Shown: positions 27,251 through 37,249 of the stretch, piece after piece | Numbering within the stretch: the stretch's first letter is position 1 | Layout of the letters: each line of letters opens with the position of its first letter | IMG/VR virus record: IMGVR_UViG_3300001348_000010 | Location: 1-64,000 of that record | DNA from: an uncultured virus (IMG/VR IMGVR_UViG_3300001348_000010) | Taxonomy: Duplodnaviria; Heunggongvirae; Uroviricota; Caudoviricetes | Strand: one strand, 5' to 3' | DNA: 64,000 nt | Notes under the pieces: generated by a model | Seen by the model: only the letters and a program-made list of their open reading frames with translations | Databases searched by the model: none | What the model was told of the DNA's origin: nothing | Program-made: the position numbers and the translations under genes

Positions 27251-27883
27251 ATGATTTTAACATCAATAGTAATTGGATTAATATGGTCTCAAATCATATC
27301 ACACCTTGGTGCTTCCATATTATTACATAGATATTATTGCCATAAACAGTTTAAAGTGCCTGGATGGTTTGAGACAATGGGATTAGCAATGTTAATGATA
27401 GCATGTATTAGAACACCTATTGGTTGGATTGCATCTCATAGAATGCATCATAATCATAGTGATAGTCCTGAAGATCCTCATGCTCCTAAATATGTGGGCT
27501 ATTTAAAGGTGTTAACCACAACTTGGTCAATACCAACAATACCTATAAAGTATGCAAGAGACTTATATAAAAATCCAAAATTAGTATTCTGCCATAATCA
27601 TTGGCTTAAAATATTAATTTCTGTTTGGGCTATATCTTATATCATCTCTCCATATTTCTTTATATCATTTGCTCTTGTACCATTTATCTTTGCTAAGATT
27701 GGATTTGGTTTATTAAATACTGTAGGTCATAGCAATGGTCCTTCAAATGTACCATGGTTAAATTTATTTATTGCAGGTGAAGGATATCATAAAAATCATC
27801 ATGATAACTTTAAAAAAATAAGACTACATAGATATGATACAGCAGGATGGATTGCTGAAAGATTATTTGTTAAAGGAAAATAG
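27251..27883 (+). CDS. Membrane fatty-acid desaturase (delta-9-like)
   Basis: His boxes HRYYCH, HRMHH, HKNHH; DPHAP; TM helices. Confidence 0.88.
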   Translation: MILTSIVIGLIWSQIISHLGASILLHRYYCHKQFKVPGWFETMGLAMLMIACIRTPIGWIASHRMHHNHSDSPEDPHAPKYVGYLKVLTTTWSIPTIPIKYARDLYKNPKLVFCHNHWLKILISVWAISYIISPYFFISFALVPFIFAKIGFGLLNTVGHSNGPSNVPWLNLFIAGEGYHKNHHDNFKKIRLHRYDTAGWIAERLFVKGK

Positions 27884-28495
27884 ATGAAGAAAAATCAATT
27901 ACCATCAATAATGAAATTGAATATTAATATTGATTTAGATAAACTAAGAAAAAACTGTGATATACTTCACGGTGAAGATAAGTTTGTTGATGTGCGTACA
28001 GCTAATCCTGGCCTTTGTATGAATCATGAAGACCTTGTAAAGGATGTCTATGATAACTTTGAACAGATTAATCTTACAACACCATCTGAAATATTACCTC
28101 ATACATCATCTATTAAAGAAAGATTAAGACGTAGGGAAGAACATCTATATAATGTACCTACAGATGATTATAGGTATTCTTACATTGAAAAAGTAGTAAC
28201 ACAATGTAAAGCACCAGCAAGTCGTATTCGTATTACTAAACTTGCCCCAGGTAAAACCATTCCATTCCATGTAGACTATGATGTATCATATGCAGTACGT
28301 TGTATTGTACCAATATATGGAGACAATAATACTGTTAACTTATTTAAACGTAATGGTAAACTAGAAGCATATAATCTTAAATGCGGTACTGCATACTTTC
28401 TAAATATAGGGTATCCTCATGCTGTTGTGAATATGAGTGATAAACCTAGAATAGCACTAATGTTTAGTTTGGATGGTACAGATGACTTGCGATAG
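27884..28495 (+). CDS. 2OG-Fe(II) oxygenase, Asp/Asn beta-hydroxylase-like
   Basis: RIRITKLAPG..IPFHVD...PHAVVN....RIAL. Confidence 0.75.
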   Translation: MKKNQLPSIMKLNINIDLDKLRKNCDILHGEDKFVDVRTANPGLCMNHEDLVKDVYDNFEQINLTTPSEILPHTSSIKERLRRREEHLYNVPTDDYRYSYIEKVVTQCKAPASRIRITKLAPGKTIPFHVDYDVSYAVRCIVPIYGDNNTVNLFKRNGKLEAYNLKCGTAYFLNIGYPHAVVNMSDKPRIALMFSLDGTDDLR

Positions 28496-29270
28496 TAAAG
28501 AAAATTATAATAGATCACACTTATGGCCTATAGCACGTGAAGTACAAGTAAAAGGTCATAAGTTATTTCATGAGCAAGAGTTTACAGAACAATCTTATAT
28601 TGATTATATGAAAGGCTTTGGTGAACTTGAGCGTCATGAACTATTTATGAATTCAAAGGAAGTACCAGAACTATTCTATGTTACAGATAAGCAAGATGAC
28701 TCTGGTAAGAAAATTGGTATGTTCGGTGGTGGTGAATTAGGTTGGCACTCTAACGGTAATAGTAGACCAGAAAATGATAAGATACTTGTATCCCTCTATT
28801 GTGTAGAAGGTGATCCTAATACTACTCTATCAATATGCAACACATCAGATCCTTTCTATGATTTATCTGAAGATGATCAAGAGTATTTTAAGAACATAAG
28901 AATACGTCTTAAATTTAAAAATAATACAATGTATGAGTTAGATGATGATGATCCTGAGTTAGAGTTTATGAGTAAGAATACAGGATCTATTAGACCATTG
29001 GTTGGTAGACATCCTCATACAGATAAGTATTACTTTTACTTTCCGTATCATTTTATATGTAAAGCATGGCTTGGTACAACTCGTATAGATCACAATGAAC
29101 TTATTGAAAGACTAAAGCCTATTATTTTTAAAAGTAAGTATCAGACACATCATATCTTCCAAAAGGGTGATATGCTTTTAATGGACCAATTGACTTCTCT
29201 ACACAGGCGAACACCTGTGATGGGAGATCGTATGTTATGGAGAGCTGCCGGTGACTACTCAAAAATCTGA
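28482..29270 (+). CDS. TauD/TfdA-family dioxygenase
   Basis: WHSNG, RPLV..HP.T, GDMLLMDQ...LHRR, RMLWR. Confidence 0.8.
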   Translation: MTCDSKENYNRSHLWPIAREVQVKGHKLFHEQEFTEQSYIDYMKGFGELERHELFMNSKEVPELFYVTDKQDDSGKKIGMFGGGELGWHSNGNSRPENDKILVSLYCVEGDPNTTLSICNTSDPFYDLSEDDQEYFKNIRIRLKFKNNTMYELDDDDPELEFMSKNTGSIRPLVGRHPHTDKYYFYFPYHFICKAWLGTTRIDHNELIERLKPIIFKSKYQTHHIFQKGDMLLMDQLTSLHRRTPVMGDRMLWRAAGDYSKI

Positions 29271-30069
29271 ACTAAGAAACTTTCCGTATGTAAATGTACC
29301 TCGTATTAAAGCCGTAGAAATATTACTACTAGCTCAGACGGTAGCAGATACATATTTTAACAGAGGTTCTGGAGAAGCAACTAAAGAATTAGATCATGTT
29401 GAAGCTACTCATAGACATTGGGTAAGCAGAATGATTGATCTATCAGATTTTCCATATTGTTATTATACACATGGAGCAACAGACGCTATACATCATTGGG
29501 CACTTACCGAAGATAGAAAATGGCAGATACCTGAAGGTGAATATGAATATGCTAATATGATTGGTGGAAAGGGTACAAAAGTTTTAGGTCAACCGTTATA
29601 TCTTTCTAATCCTTCTGCAGCAACAGGTAATATATTATATTCTAATACCGAACAGCCTGTGATACTTGATTGTACATATGTTAGTTCAACTGCTATAAAA
29701 ACTATTAATGTACCTAAATGTACAGAGCAAGTATTCTTTTCTTTCTCTAAAGGGTTTGGTCTAGTTGGCCAAAGATTAGGCTTAGTGTATACAAAAGAAC
29801 CGCATCCAACATTACATAGATTAAAAGAATATGAGAACTGGAACTATGGTGGTGTTAGAACTATGCAATTAATAATGAATAACTTTTCTGTAGATAGCAT
29901 GTTTAATAGGTATAGAAAGATGCAATTAGATGTGTGTAAAGAATATGAGTTTACTCCTTCAGATGTATTTTACTTGGCTACAACCAAAGATAGATACTAT
30001 ACAAGGCGGAGACGAGTTGGTGATGTTGCTCGCATATGTCTAACACCTTTATTTCAAGATATGTTATGA
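29251..30069 (+). CDS. PLP-dependent aminotransferase-like protein (short)
   Basis: GATDAI, SNP..TG, ILDCTY, SFSKGFGLVGQRLG (PLP lysine). Confidence 0.75.
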   Translation: MTTQKSELRNFPYVNVPRIKAVEILLLAQTVADTYFNRGSGEATKELDHVEATHRHWVSRMIDLSDFPYCYYTHGATDAIHHWALTEDRKWQIPEGEYEYANMIGGKGTKVLGQPLYLSNPSAATGNILYSNTEQPVILDCTYVSSTAIKTINVPKCTEQVFFSFSKGFGLVGQRLGLVYTKEPHPTLHRLKEYENWNYGGVRTMQLIMNNFSVDSMFNRYRKMQLDVCKEYEFTPSDVFYLATTKDRYYTRRRRVGDVARICLTPLFQDML

Positions 30070-30626
30070 AATTAAATTTAAAAGATTATGTACAAAGAAT
30101 ACAGCTTATATCTTCCGAACAAGCCGATCAAACAATTAAAGAACTAGATCAGACAGCTTGGAAAGATTTTGATTATAAAGGCTCTGAGAATATTTGTGTT
30201 CAGGATAATCCTTCTTTACCATATCAAGTTACAGAAGCAGATTTTCCTAATTTAAGTGATACTGTATCCAAGGCAGTAGATAATTATATTAATAACTTCT
30301 TAAAAGATTTACCTTGGTTCTCATATTGGAACGGTAAGACAAGATTTTTTTGGATAAAGTATCCTGCTGGTTCTGATGGTATGGGAGTTCATGCTGATCA
30401 TGTTAGAAATATATTTGATGGCACAAGGAGAGGTATACCGACACTTACTGTTCTAGGAGCATTAAATGATAACTATGAGGGCGGTGAATTAGAGTTTTGG
30501 GAAGATGAAAAGATTAAATTAAAAGCAGGTGAAGCACTAATCTTTCCGTCTAACTTTTTATATCCTCATCAGGTTCTTCCTATTACAAAAGGTAACAGAT
30601 ATAGTTTTGCAGTATGGATATGGTAG
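30066..30626 (+). CDS. 2OG-Fe(II) oxygenase, prolyl-4-hydroxylase-like
   Basis: HADH, LNDNYEGGEL, FPSNFLYPHQV, RYS. Confidence 0.85.
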   Translation: MKLNLKDYVQRIQLISSEQADQTIKELDQTAWKDFDYKGSENICVQDNPSLPYQVTEADFPNLSDTVSKAVDNYINNFLKDLPWFSYWNGKTRFFWIKYPAGSDGMGVHADHVRNIFDGTRRGIPTLTVLGALNDNYEGGELEFWEDEKIKLKAGEALIFPSNFLYPHQVLPITKGNRYSFAVWIW

Positions 30627-31237
30627 ACATTCCCTGGCCAGATTTAGGATCTTTTAGTAAAGAGAATGTAAAAGTACCTCTAAAAGAGGATTATAAATTT
30701 GAAGATATGTGGTACTTAGATACTAAAGCTGCTTCAACAATCTTTAAAACTCAAGCTGATATAATTACATCAAATCAATCTAAAGGTATTGTAGATGTAG
30801 GTTGTAGACACGGTCCAGTATTAGATTATCTAAAGCACGACTTTACATATATGGGGTTTGATACATCTCAAGAACCTATTGATATCGCGACAAACAATTG
30901 GAAAGATCATACTAACATAGAATTTAGATGTGAAAGTTGGAATGATACTGAAGTGTTTCTTGTAGATTTTGATGTTGATATGGTTATTTTTAGTGGAGTC
31001 TTATTATATAGAGAAGATCATTTTGAATTCTTTAAATGGGTTATGAATTTCTATGGAGCAAAGAAAGCTATTATACAAGAACCATATCATGATCAGAGAC
31101 ACTGGGACGATAAAGTTATACTAAATACAATTACCGAAGATTTACATCAATACTATACAGAATATACTATTGACTCAGTTTTAGTTGATTGTGAGATATT
31201 TGCAGGAAGGCGACTTATCCTTGACGTTACGATATAG
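30614..31237 (+). CDS. Class I SAM-dependent methyltransferase
   Basis: IVDVGCRHG, YMGFDTS, FSGVLLY. Confidence 0.78.
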   Translation: MDMVDIPWPDLGSFSKENVKVPLKEDYKFEDMWYLDTKAASTIFKTQADIITSNQSKGIVDVGCRHGPVLDYLKHDFTYMGFDTSQEPIDIATNNWKDHTNIEFRCESWNDTEVFLVDFDVDMVIFSGVLLYREDHFEFFKWVMNFYGAKKAIIQEPYHDQRHWDDKVILNTITEDLHQYYTEYTIDSVLVDCEIFAGRRLILDVTI

Positions 31238-31991
31238 AGTAGAAAAAAGAACAGTTGATGTTAGTAAACGTAAGTATGTAAATATGGATCCACATAATGA
31301 TAGACCAGACTATGATCATTTACAGATCCATAATGAATACAAAGGCTATCAAGATGCTATTTACACACCCATAGATATGCCTCGCATTGATATGGATTTA
31401 GAACATATTAAATCATTATGGGATGATCCTAAAATGGAAGAAGGTACTACAGCAGGAACGATAGCTGTAGGTAAAGTGTTATTCTTAAAAAAGAATATGT
31501 ATAGAGAAATAGATGGAGATGCACCTTGGTTTGATTGGGCTAAAAGTGAAGTACCAGAGTTATGTGACTTTATAGATCAACTGCCTTTTAAGACAATGAG
31601 ACAATGTGCATTTGTTCAACCTCCTGGTATAACACCACCACATTATGATGAGCCTATCTATATGACTCCGCATCTAAGAGATAGTGCTCCATCACAGTAT
31701 AGAATACGTTGGTCAAATGTAACAAAACCAGATGAAGAAATTTTCTATATGTCTAAAGATTCAGGTGCAACTAAAGTTTATCCTGTGTTACCAGAGGAGA
31801 CTAATACATATGTATATGATGGATCAGTTTGGGAACACGGCACTGATAGAGGCTTTACAATGGATCAACGAGCTTTAATTGTAATGTCTGGTGTTGTTGA
31901 TATACCTAAACATCAACAACTTCTTAAACTGTCTATGGATAAGTATAAGGATTATGTATTACATGATAGACAATTTAGCACCTTATCTTAA
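31221..31991 (+). CDS. 2OG-Fe(II)/cupin oxygenase-like protein (start uncertain, TTG assumed)
   Basis: PPHYD...EHG...R. Confidence 0.55.
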   Translation: MTLRYRVEKRTVDVSKRKYVNMDPHNDRPDYDHLQIHNEYKGYQDAIYTPIDMPRIDMDLEHIKSLWDDPKMEEGTTAGTIAVGKVLFLKKNMYREIDGDAPWFDWAKSEVPELCDFIDQLPFKTMRQCAFVQPPGITPPHYDEPIYMTPHLRDSAPSQYRIRWSNVTKPDEEIFYMSKDSGATKVYPVLPEETNTYVYDGSVWEHGTDRGFTMDQRALIVMSGVVDIPKHQQLLKLSMDKYKDYVLHDRQFSTLS

Positions 31992-32685
31992 AGTTAATCT
32001 AACTATTCCTTTAGCAGATATAAAAGCAGAAGCTGAACATCTAAAAAATATAGGATTATATGCTGAACATAGAAGTGAAGATGCCCAAGGTTGGAATGTT
32101 TTTACACTGTTCGGTCAAGGACCTTTTATAACTATTGGTGGTGATTGGGGCGATAAAGAAAAATATCATTGGACAGACCTTGCCGTTAAACATTGCCCTA
32201 AAACGGTAGAATGGCTACAAGCACTTCCATATAAAGAAATATATCGTGTTAGATTTATGTTTTTAGAACCTCAAGGGTATATAAAAATTCATAATGATAA
32301 AGAACCAGATGAAGAAATAGGTTATACGCAAGTAGATCATGCCATGAATATTGCCATATCTCATCCACAAGATTGTTATATGAGAATGGTATATAAAGAT
32401 ATGTGTCATGATGTTCCATTTGAGGATGGGTCTTCATTCTTTTTTAATAATAGATATTTTCACTATGTTATGAATGAATCACAACAAACAAGAATACATA
32501 TGATAATACACGCAAAGTGGCAACCTTTAAGTGTAGAATCACCTGAACTAAAATTACAAGATATTGGTTATAAAGATCACACAGATAAAGTTTATAGTAA
32601 TAACCATTGGAACAATAGAATGGCATTAGATGAAAAAATCCAAGCATATAGCCCAGACTTGTCTGGTTATAGTAAAAAATCTTAG
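31963..32685 (+). CDS. 2OG-Fe(II) oxygenase, Asp/Asn beta-hydroxylase-like
   Basis: RVRFMFLEPQGYIKIHND...HYVMNES..TRIHMI. Confidence 0.78.
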   Translation: MIDNLAPYLKVNLTIPLADIKAEAEHLKNIGLYAEHRSEDAQGWNVFTLFGQGPFITIGGDWGDKEKYHWTDLAVKHCPKTVEWLQALPYKEIYRVRFMFLEPQGYIKIHNDKEPDEEIGYTQVDHAMNIAISHPQDCYMRMVYKDMCHDVPFEDGSSFFFNNRYFHYVMNESQQTRIHMIIHAKWQPLSVESPELKLQDIGYKDHTDKVYSNNHWNNRMALDEKIQAYSPDLSGYSKKS

Positions 32686-33865
32686 TCCATCCGGAGACTA
32701 TATTGAATTAGGTATTTGTCGTAATTATACTGATAGTATGATATATGAATTAACTAATAAGGTACCGGAATTGCATATACACTGTGTGGATTCATACGAA
32801 CAAGCTATGAATCATATAGAAAATTATAACTATGCCTTTGTTACTGTAGAGGGTAGTTTTATAGAATATTATAACCTATCTTTTATACTTGATCGAATGG
32901 TTGAAGATGATATAGCATTAATTGGACATGTACTTAACGTTAATGGATATTATGAATTACACGATCAGTCATTTTGCCTAGATGTTAATAAATGGAAATC
33001 TTCGAGTAAACCACATATTAGAAAATCTGTTATCAATCAAGCTTATGCAGTGAAAAGAGATCCTAACAACATACATGATGATTATACACCAAGATGGATC
33101 AAACCTGATTTACACTTCGAGTCTCCCTATAAAATACCAGTGGATGGTTCTAACTTAGGATCGTTATTAATATCAGAGCTAATAGGTAATAACTATAATA
33201 TATCTGCCTTTAATGATTTAGAAAGAGCACACAAATATTATCTGTACGGTGGAACAAAGTGGTTTTACTCAGCACTATTTTGGAATCAAAACTATTCATT
33301 TTGTAATGAACCGCTTGAGCAAATGATGCAAGAGATACCACAACATCACGAACAATATTGGGGTATAGCATCTCCTTATTATATTTTAGCTATGTCATAT
33401 GTTAATCCAAAATGTAAACAATGGCACGTGTTTGATAATAGTGATACTCAATTGATATACTGTAAATGGGTATTAGACAAGCTACCTCAATTTAACTTTG
33501 ATGTACGTGTGACTTTTAAAAAGTTTTTAGAAGAATATCCATGGATTAATAGCAATGAATTTGAATCTGATATTACAAATCCTTACCTTGGAGAAATCAT
33601 AGATTACATTCAGAGTATTGTTAAACCTTATGATTTAGGAGAGATTATATATATTAAACAAAACATATGGGTTGATCAAGAAGTTAAAATAAAAGATGTC
33701 CCAACTCTTGCTTACATATCTAACGTATTTAGATACACGCCAGCAAGCCAATGGTATACTTTATCAAAGCAAAAAGATTCTGAAAATAAGATGATAAATA
33801 TATTACGGGCAAATAATAACATACATACTATCATTACTGATATGAAAACGGAAATAATACAATGA
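32630..33865 (+). CDS. Hypothetical protein (411 aa)
   Basis: Long ORF in island; YELHDQ, NIHDDYTP.W, YISNVF; function not recognised. Confidence 0.6.
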   Translation: MKKSKHIAQTCLVIVKNLSPSGDYIELGICRNYTDSMIYELTNKVPELHIHCVDSYEQAMNHIENYNYAFVTVEGSFIEYYNLSFILDRMVEDDIALIGHVLNVNGYYELHDQSFCLDVNKWKSSSKPHIRKSVINQAYAVKRDPNNIHDDYTPRWIKPDLHFESPYKIPVDGSNLGSLLISELIGNNYNISAFNDLERAHKYYLYGGTKWFYSALFWNQNYSFCNEPLEQMMQEIPQHHEQYWGIASPYYILAMSYVNPKCKQWHVFDNSDTQLIYCKWVLDKLPQFNFDVRVTFKKFLEEYPWINSNEFESDITNPYLGEIIDYIQSIVKPYDLGEIIYIKQNIWVDQEVKIKDVPTLAYISNVFRYTPASQWYTLSKQKDSENKMINILRANNNIHTIITDMKTEIIQ

Positions 33866-34293
33866 TAAACAGTTCACCGCTCTATAAGAACATAAACGGA
33901 AAACCACAAAGTTATAATATACCTGAAGGTAATGTTATACTTATTGGAATACCTGCTGCCTTTTCTCCAACATGTACAGATAAACATTTGCCAGAGTTTG
34001 CAGCAAATATTGATAAACTAACAGAACATAAAGTTGTTTTTATATCAGTAGAAACTCCATACACAATGGCTGCATGGAATGAACAGTATGGTCATCCTGA
34101 TATAGATTGCGTAGCAGATCCCTTAGGTACATTTAGTGAAACACTTTCTGAAATAACAGGTACGTGGGAAGATATTATGGGTAAGACTTGTAAACGATTT
34201 GCATATCTAATAAAAGATAATATGGTGGTAAAGAAATTTAATGATCCATGGTTTACAGATATATATGAGGATATAACTAATGAAAATAACTGA
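33862..34293 (+). CDS. Peroxiredoxin (Prx5/redoxin-like)
   Basis: IPAAFSPTCTDKHLP, M.AW, AD..G.F, KRFA. Confidence 0.85.
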   Translation: MINSSPLYKNINGKPQSYNIPEGNVILIGIPAAFSPTCTDKHLPEFAANIDKLTEHKVVFISVETPYTMAAWNEQYGHPDIDCVADPLGTFSETLSEITGTWEDIMGKTCKRFAYLIKDNMVVKKFNDPWFTDIYEDITNENN

Positions 34294-34888
34294 TCAAATA
34301 GTAAATCAATATATTATAGAAGTACCTGAATTAATTGACTGGCTTCCTCCTAGAGAAGAACTTTGGAGCCTAAGAGGTGAATTGCTTGGTGATGATCAGA
34401 GATCCTGGGATGGTCAAATATGGTATAGAACAAATGATGACCCTAGGATTCAATCTGCAATTGATATGATTGATAGAGAGTATGTTGATGAAGGAACAGA
34501 CATTACTCCTTACCTAACAGTAAAGGAAGAGGGTAAGTGGATGAGACCTCACATTGATAATGCTCCAGGTCGAAACGTGGTTTTAATCTACCCTATTGCT
34601 CCTCTTGACTATGATATTGTTTATGTTGATAAATGTGAAGCAGGAATGGAAGAATCAGATACAGATTTTTATAGACGACCATATGAAGATGGTCTTGATT
34701 ATGAATATAAGGAAGTTTTTAGACATCAGTACCGTTGCCCTACTTTCTTAAACACTAAACACCCTCATGCTGTAGAAGAAAGAAGGGAACGTAAGATGCT
34801 TTCTTTTAGAGTAAACTTTGGAGATATTAATTGGGAGTTTGATGATGTCGTTAATCACTACAAATCAGGAAAAATGTTTCATACTTGA
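34280..34888 (+). CDS. 2OG-Fe(II)/cupin oxygenase-like protein
   Basis: PHID..GRNVVLIYPI...PHAV...R. Confidence 0.6.
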   Translation: MKITDQIVNQYIIEVPELIDWLPPREELWSLRGELLGDDQRSWDGQIWYRTNDDPRIQSAIDMIDREYVDEGTDITPYLTVKEEGKWMRPHIDNAPGRNVVLIYPIAPLDYDIVYVDKCEAGMEESDTDFYRRPYEDGLDYEYKEVFRHQYRCPTFLNTKHPHAVEERRERKMLSFRVNFGDINWEFDDVVNHYKSGKMFHT

Positions 34889-35336
34889 ACTTCCTAAGTT
34901 TAGAGTTGATTTTGATATAAAAACTATTGATCTAAACAAACCAGATGATGTGTGGAATGGTGTTCGCAATTATAAGATAGACTTACCAGAATTATCATCT
35001 ATATCATATGATTATAGAGAACCACCTCAAGCATGGCTAACACACAAACTTCCAGAGTATTATATAAAACCACATATAGATACAGATAGAGATGCTGTAT
35101 TAATTATACCTATTGACCCTAAACATTATAACATACATTTCTTATCTGATATATCTAATGAGGAATCAATAATATATACACATCAATATAAATGTCCAAC
35201 AATGCCACATGCAAAGATACCACATTTTATAGATGATATGAATGTAGAAAGATTTTTTATACAAGTATCATTTTACTTTAAAGATTTTAATTGGGAGAGA
35301 CTTCATGAGAATTTTGCCTTACATTATAGGAGGTAA
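34842..35336 (+). CDS. 2OG-Fe(II)/cupin oxygenase-like protein, paralogue of upstream gene (start uncertain)
   Basis: PHIDTDRDAVLIIPI...HQYKCPT...PH...R; compare HQYRCPT upstream. Confidence 0.6.
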   Translation: MMSLITTNQEKCFILELPKFRVDFDIKTIDLNKPDDVWNGVRNYKIDLPELSSISYDYREPPQAWLTHKLPEYYIKPHIDTDRDAVLIIPIDPKHYNIHFLSDISNEESIIYTHQYKCPTMPHAKIPHFIDDMNVERFFIQVSFYFKDFNWERLHENFALHYRR

Positions 35337-35853
35337 GAAAAACACAAATCTCAGTTATGAAGAAACTGACTTATGTAATGATGCTTTTCTACAACTACAG
35401 GTAGAGAAAGGTACAGATAGATTATCAGACAACTATTCCTTTTCAAATCTAAATTTAGATAGAATGGTAATGTTTAACTTTGTATTTGATAATAACGAAC
35501 CCGTGTTATGCTCTGGATGTGAGAATATATATCATGGTGTTGTAAGAGTTATGTCTAGGTATTATCATTACAAAGACTTTAGAACAGACGGTACATCTAT
35601 GTTTGAAAAAGTAGATGACTTTAAAGAGCTTACCTATTGTGTAGATAATCTTGACGTGCCTCTTATAATATGGACACGGGAATTCAGTAAAGGTTTCTTT
35701 ACTAAACTTAAAAGAGCACGCCCTGATATATTTAAAGAGTGGAATGTATATCCAGATAAGCTACAGATAGGAAGCCCACCTTTAAAGAAAGCAAATAATC
35801 TACAGTATGTATTCTATAAAGGTGATATTAACTATCTACGCAACCCACAATAG
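35305..35853 (+). CDS. Hypothetical protein (possibly GNAT-like)
   Basis: DRLSDNY...SG...RVMSRYY; weak call. Confidence 0.5.
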   Translation: MRILPYIIGGKKNTNLSYEETDLCNDAFLQLQVEKGTDRLSDNYSFSNLNLDRMVMFNFVFDNNEPVLCSGCENIYHGVVRVMSRYYHYKDFRTDGTSMFEKVDDFKELTYCVDNLDVPLIIWTREFSKGFFTKLKRARPDIFKEWNVYPDKLQIGSPPLKKANNLQYVFYKGDINYLRNPQ

Positions 35854-35855
35854 CA

Positions 35856-36470
35856 TCAGCTTTTTTGCAGATTATTTAAAACAGCATCAACACTATCTTC
35901 TGATAAGATTACATTAGCAACAGCAAATAGTGAAGGATCGCATGTTGTAAACACTGTATGAACCTTACAGGTATTTAAAAAATATACTCTGCCATGTTCA
36001 AAGTTTACTATTTTCTCATCTAAAATAAAATAAGTGTTTGGTGGATTGCAACCGTATATAGGAAGAAATAATCTAAATGAGCTCAATTCTCTTGTAAATT
36101 GATCCCTATGAGGGGGAAACATACCAGTTGCATTCATCTTAATAAAGTGTGTTCTACCTAAATGATTTTCAAAAGGTTTAAATGCATCCTCTACTAAATT
36201 CCATAATTCCGTTTTTTTATTAAAATCTGTTTCATCTAAGTTTAAATTATGTTTAATATTATATTCTTTTACAGAGTCTAAATCCGGTATACCAGACATG
36301 CCACCATCTAAGCTAGTGATACTTAATCCCCATCTATCAATCTTTTTACGAGGATTGTATTGTATCCAATCATTTTCATATAATTTTAATTGTTTTTCAA
36401 CTTCACTGGTCCTTATCTTTTGACGTAGCCCATATACATCACCATATCTACTCAAGCATTCATATAACAT
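35856..36470 (-). CDS. 2OG-Fe(II) oxygenase, Asp/Asn beta-hydroxylase-like, reverse orientation
   Basis: GRTHFIKM..TGMFPPHRD...GRVYFLNTCKVHTVF; AGGA RBS. Confidence 0.7.
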   Translation of the reverse strand: MLYECLSRYGDVYGLRQKIRTSEVEKQLKLYENDWIQYNPRKKIDRWGLSITSLDGGMSGIPDLDSVKEYNIKHNLNLDETDFNKKTELWNLVEDAFKPFENHLGRTHFIKMNATGMFPPHRDQFTRELSSFRLFLPIYGCNPPNTYFILDEKIVNFEHGRVYFLNTCKVHTVFTTCDPSLFAVANVILSEDSVDAVLNNLQKS

Positions 36471-36482
36471 AATTTTTCCTCG

Positions 36483-36602
36483 TGTAACATAATTGTAACA
36501 CTTTTGCTGTATTTACAATTAATTTAAAAAAAGTTAATTTAGTTGTTTACATCTATATCTATATGTGTTATATTAGTTATAGAAACAATAACTAAGGAAT
36601 TA
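36483..36602 (+). promoter_or_regulatory. Early promoter cassette with upstream TGT-N12-ACA element (copy 2)
   Basis: TGTAACATAATTGTAACA; TTTACA(36546)-N17-TATATT; 40 nt identical to 12912-12951. Confidence 0.75.
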
Positions 36603-36606
36603 CATT

Positions 36607-36888
36607 ATGTCAAAGATTATTACAGAATTAACTAACTCAATCCGTAACGCAATCGTTAACCCAGAAAATTTAGATATCAATGGTGACATCATCTGGAATT
36701 TTATAGATGCTGATGCTTATCACGAATGCTTTAAATTCTATTCAAGTACAGAAGGCTTTTATAAAGACTTTGATAAAATTGCTCTTACAATAAGATCAGA
36801 AAATGATACACAAGGTTGTGCAGACTGTGAATGGATTAAAGACGAAACAGACGGTGACATCACTAGATGTGATGAGTGTGCATTATAA
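36607..36888 (+). CDS. Early hypothetical protein with C-terminal Cys4 motif
   Basis: WNFIDAD; CADC...CDEC. Confidence 0.65.
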   Translation: MSKIITELTNSIRNAIVNPENLDINGDIIWNFIDADAYHECFKFYSSTEGFYKDFDKIALTIRSENDTQGCADCEWIKDETDGDITRCDECAL

Positions 36889-36900
36889 AAAAACTTTTAA

Positions 36901-36946
36901 AAAGGCGATAATAATGCTTTACATCGCCTTTCTTATATGCTATACT
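36901..36946 (+). promoter_or_regulatory. Early promoter with -35 inside a stem-loop
   Basis: AAAGGCGAT...ATCGCCTTT inverted repeat around TTTACA(36918); -10 TATACT. Confidence 0.65.
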
Positions 36947-36976
36947 ACTTATAGAAACAAACAGAAAGAATATATT

Positions 36977-37246
36977 ATGATTATGACATCAACTCAAAAA
37001 GCAGACCGTTTAGCTCTTATCAAAAAGATCGGCGACCGTCGCAATAAAATGGCTAAACTTAAAAAAGCATCTGTTAAGCAGGTTAGAACTGTTAATGCTA
37101 GACCTGTTGTTCGTAAGACTAATGTAATGCAAGAGCCTGCATATCGTGAGAACATCTACCAATGGACTGACGCATCTAAATATGCTGATCAATACTATGG
37201 TGACACAATGCGGGAGACTACAAAATTCGATAACGATTGGGACTAG
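36977..37246 (+). CDS. Early hypothetical protein
   Basis: ATG downstream of promoter; basic N-terminus; WTDASKYA..YYG...FDNDW. Confidence 0.65.
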   Translation: MIMTSTQKADRLALIKKIGDRRNKMAKLKKASVKQVRTVNARPVVRKTNVMQEPAYRENIYQWTDASKYADQYYGDTMRETTKFDNDWD

Positions 37247-37249
37247 TCT

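Noticed and set aside
33862..34293. Selenocysteine or stop-codon recoding in redox genes
   Set aside because: Active-site Cys is TGT; genes read normally in the standard bacterial code and no suppressor tRNA is seen
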